Positions 63,096 through 64,000 of a stretch of 64,000 bases of DNA are shown in pieces; the first letter of the stretch is position 1, and every line of letters begins with the position of its first letter. The notes below the pieces were generated by a model. That model saw nothing but the letters and a program-made list of their open reading frames with translations, was not told the DNA's origin and did no database searches. The DNA comes from Pusillimonas sp. UBA6240 (GTDB lineage Bacteria > Pseudomonadota > Gammaproteobacteria > Burkholderiales > Burkholderiaceae_B), in contig DJWC01000085.1 in the NCBI GenBank assembly GCA_002441445.1, positions 34,798 to 98,797 of the forward strand. The letters run 5' to 3'. The translations under genes and the position numbers were made by a program.

Positions 63096-64000
63096 TTACA
63101 AGGCGTCCTGGTAGCGCTTCAGTGTTTCGGTTCCCGGCTTGCCCAGTTGATCCAGGGAGCTCGCCCAGCGTTTCCTGGTTTCGGCCAGCTTCTCGCCCAG
63201 CTTGGCTTTTTCCGCATCGCTCATCAGCACTTCCTGCATGCCGTCTTTCTTCAAGCGTTCGACGATGTCTTTATTGGTTTTGTCCACCCAATTGCAGATG
63301 TTCCGGACGGCTTCTTCGCTGGTCTTGGTGAGAGTGGCCTGCTGTTCGGGCGACAGTTTTTTCCAGCCGCGGTCGGTGATCGCGAATACGGATATGAAGC
63401 TCGCGGTGCTGACATTGGTCGTCATGTACTTGAGCGCGGTTTGCCAGTCGAAGGGATACAGGCTGAGCAGGGTGACGAACATGCCGTCCAGGGTGCCGCG
63501 CTGCAGGGAGGGCAGCACATCGGGCCCTGTCATCTTGATGGGAACGGAGCCCACCTGGCTCGCGGTAATGTCCATGGCCCCGCCCGCCGTGCGCATCTTC
63601 AAGCCGTGCAGGTCATTCAGCGTCGTGACTTTTTTATTGGTGGTGACGATGGCGTAGGGCGCGTAAGTCATGGCCCACAACACGCGCAGCCCCAATGGCT
63701 TGTATTCCCGATCGGCCAGGAAGCCGCCGGGCCGCAGCAAGGTCATCAGCGCCTTGTTGCCGGCGCACGTATTGTCGAACAGGTCGGGAAGCTCCGCCAC
63801 GCCGGACAGCGGAAATTTTTCGGAGATGTAGGCGGGAGAAAGGTGGACGATGTCCGCCACCCCTGACTGGGCCAGCGTGGCCATGTCTTTGGCCTTGCCG
63901 ATTTGCTGGGCGGGATAGTATTCGAACTGTATCGAGCCATTCGAGGCTTTGGTGGTGGCTTCCATCCAGGGCTTGACGCCCTCGGTCAGCGTGTAATGGG
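63096..64000 (-). CDS. TRAP transporter substrate-binding protein (DctP family), 5-prime end beyond the window
   Basis: The frame stays open upstream of the ATG at 63965 to the window edge (...HYTLTEGVKPWMEATTKASNGSIQFEYYPAQQIGKAKDM...). DctP-like sequence. Confidence 0.85.
   Translation of the reverse strand, partial: HYTLTEGVKPWMEATTKASNGSIQFEYYPAQQIGKAKDMATLAQSGVADIVHLSPAYISEKFPLSGVAELPDLFDNTCAGNKALMTLLRPGGFLADREYKPLGLRVLWAMTYAPYAIVTTNKKVTTLNDLHGLKMRTAGGAMDITASQVGSVPIKMTGPDVLPSLQRGTLDGMFVTLLSLYPFDWQTALKYMTTNVSTASFISVFAITDRGWKKLSPEQQATLTKTSEEAVRNICNWVDKTNKDIVERLKKDGMQEVLMSDAEKAKLGEKLAETRKRWASSLDQLGKPGTETLKRYQDAL

Noticed and set aside
1-64000. Searched by eye for CRISPR repeats, tRNA/rRNA, IS elements, integrases, phage genes, toxin-antitoxin pairs and known defence genes
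   Set aside because: No regularly spaced repeats, no transposase- or integrase-like ORF, no cloverleaf-like conserved tRNA sequences in the intergenic gaps, and no terminal inverted repeats bracketing a block. A tRNAscan, ISfinder or defence-HMM run could still find something I missed.

Overview
High-GC segment that looks chromosomal and betaproteobacterial, possibly Alcaligenaceae or another Burkholderiales group. That placement is inferred only from the very high density of Bug/TctC-type periplasmic binding proteins and the GC-rich codon usage. I support about 52 protein-coding genes. I found no rRNA, tRNA, CRISPR array, transposase, integrase, phage gene or recognisable defence gene.

The window is a patchwork of small catabolic and uptake operons, each with its own regulator (5 LysR, 2 IclR, 1 GntR):
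- (i) LysR, Bug and an opine-dehydrogenase-like gene.
- (ii) GntR with nitrilase, a ketopantoate-reductase-like gene, tartrate/D-malate dehydrogenase and Bug.
- (iii) Two non-identical modules of ADP-forming acyl-CoA synthetase, acyl-CoA dehydrogenase and Bug, flanking a tandem IclR pair. One module carries two atypical amidohydrolase-2 paralogs.
- (iv) Aldehyde dehydrogenase, an SCP2-like protein and an alpha/beta hydrolase.
- (v) LysR with a citryl-CoA-lyase-like gene, Bug, an acyl-CoA ligase, an amidase, a HIBADH-like gene and an ALDH.
- (vi) A peptide-type ABC importer plus an MlrC-like M81 peptidase and an ArgE-like M20 deacylase.
- (vii) LysR with an argininosuccinate-lyase-like gene and Bug.
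- (viii) Bug, hydantoinase A/B and LysR.
- (ix) An AhpD-like protein, an MFS transporter and a SixA-like phosphatase.
- (x) A TRAP transporter with two crotonases and an acyl-CoA ligase.

I cannot point to a clear-cut new system such as a defence island. The most unusual things I can actually see are:
- an in-frame Bug::M24-peptidase chimeric ORF;
- a pair of amidohydrolase-2 proteins that appear to lack the canonical HxH and Asp metal ligands;
- a G14 homopolymer in an intergenic spacer;
- an MFS gene whose first transmembrane helix lies upstream of any canonical start codon;
- a 15-bp tandem repeat inside a Bug gene;
- the duplicated ACS/ACAD/Bug architecture around the tandem IclR genes.

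All functional calls come from by-eye motif and family recognition. No database search was run.
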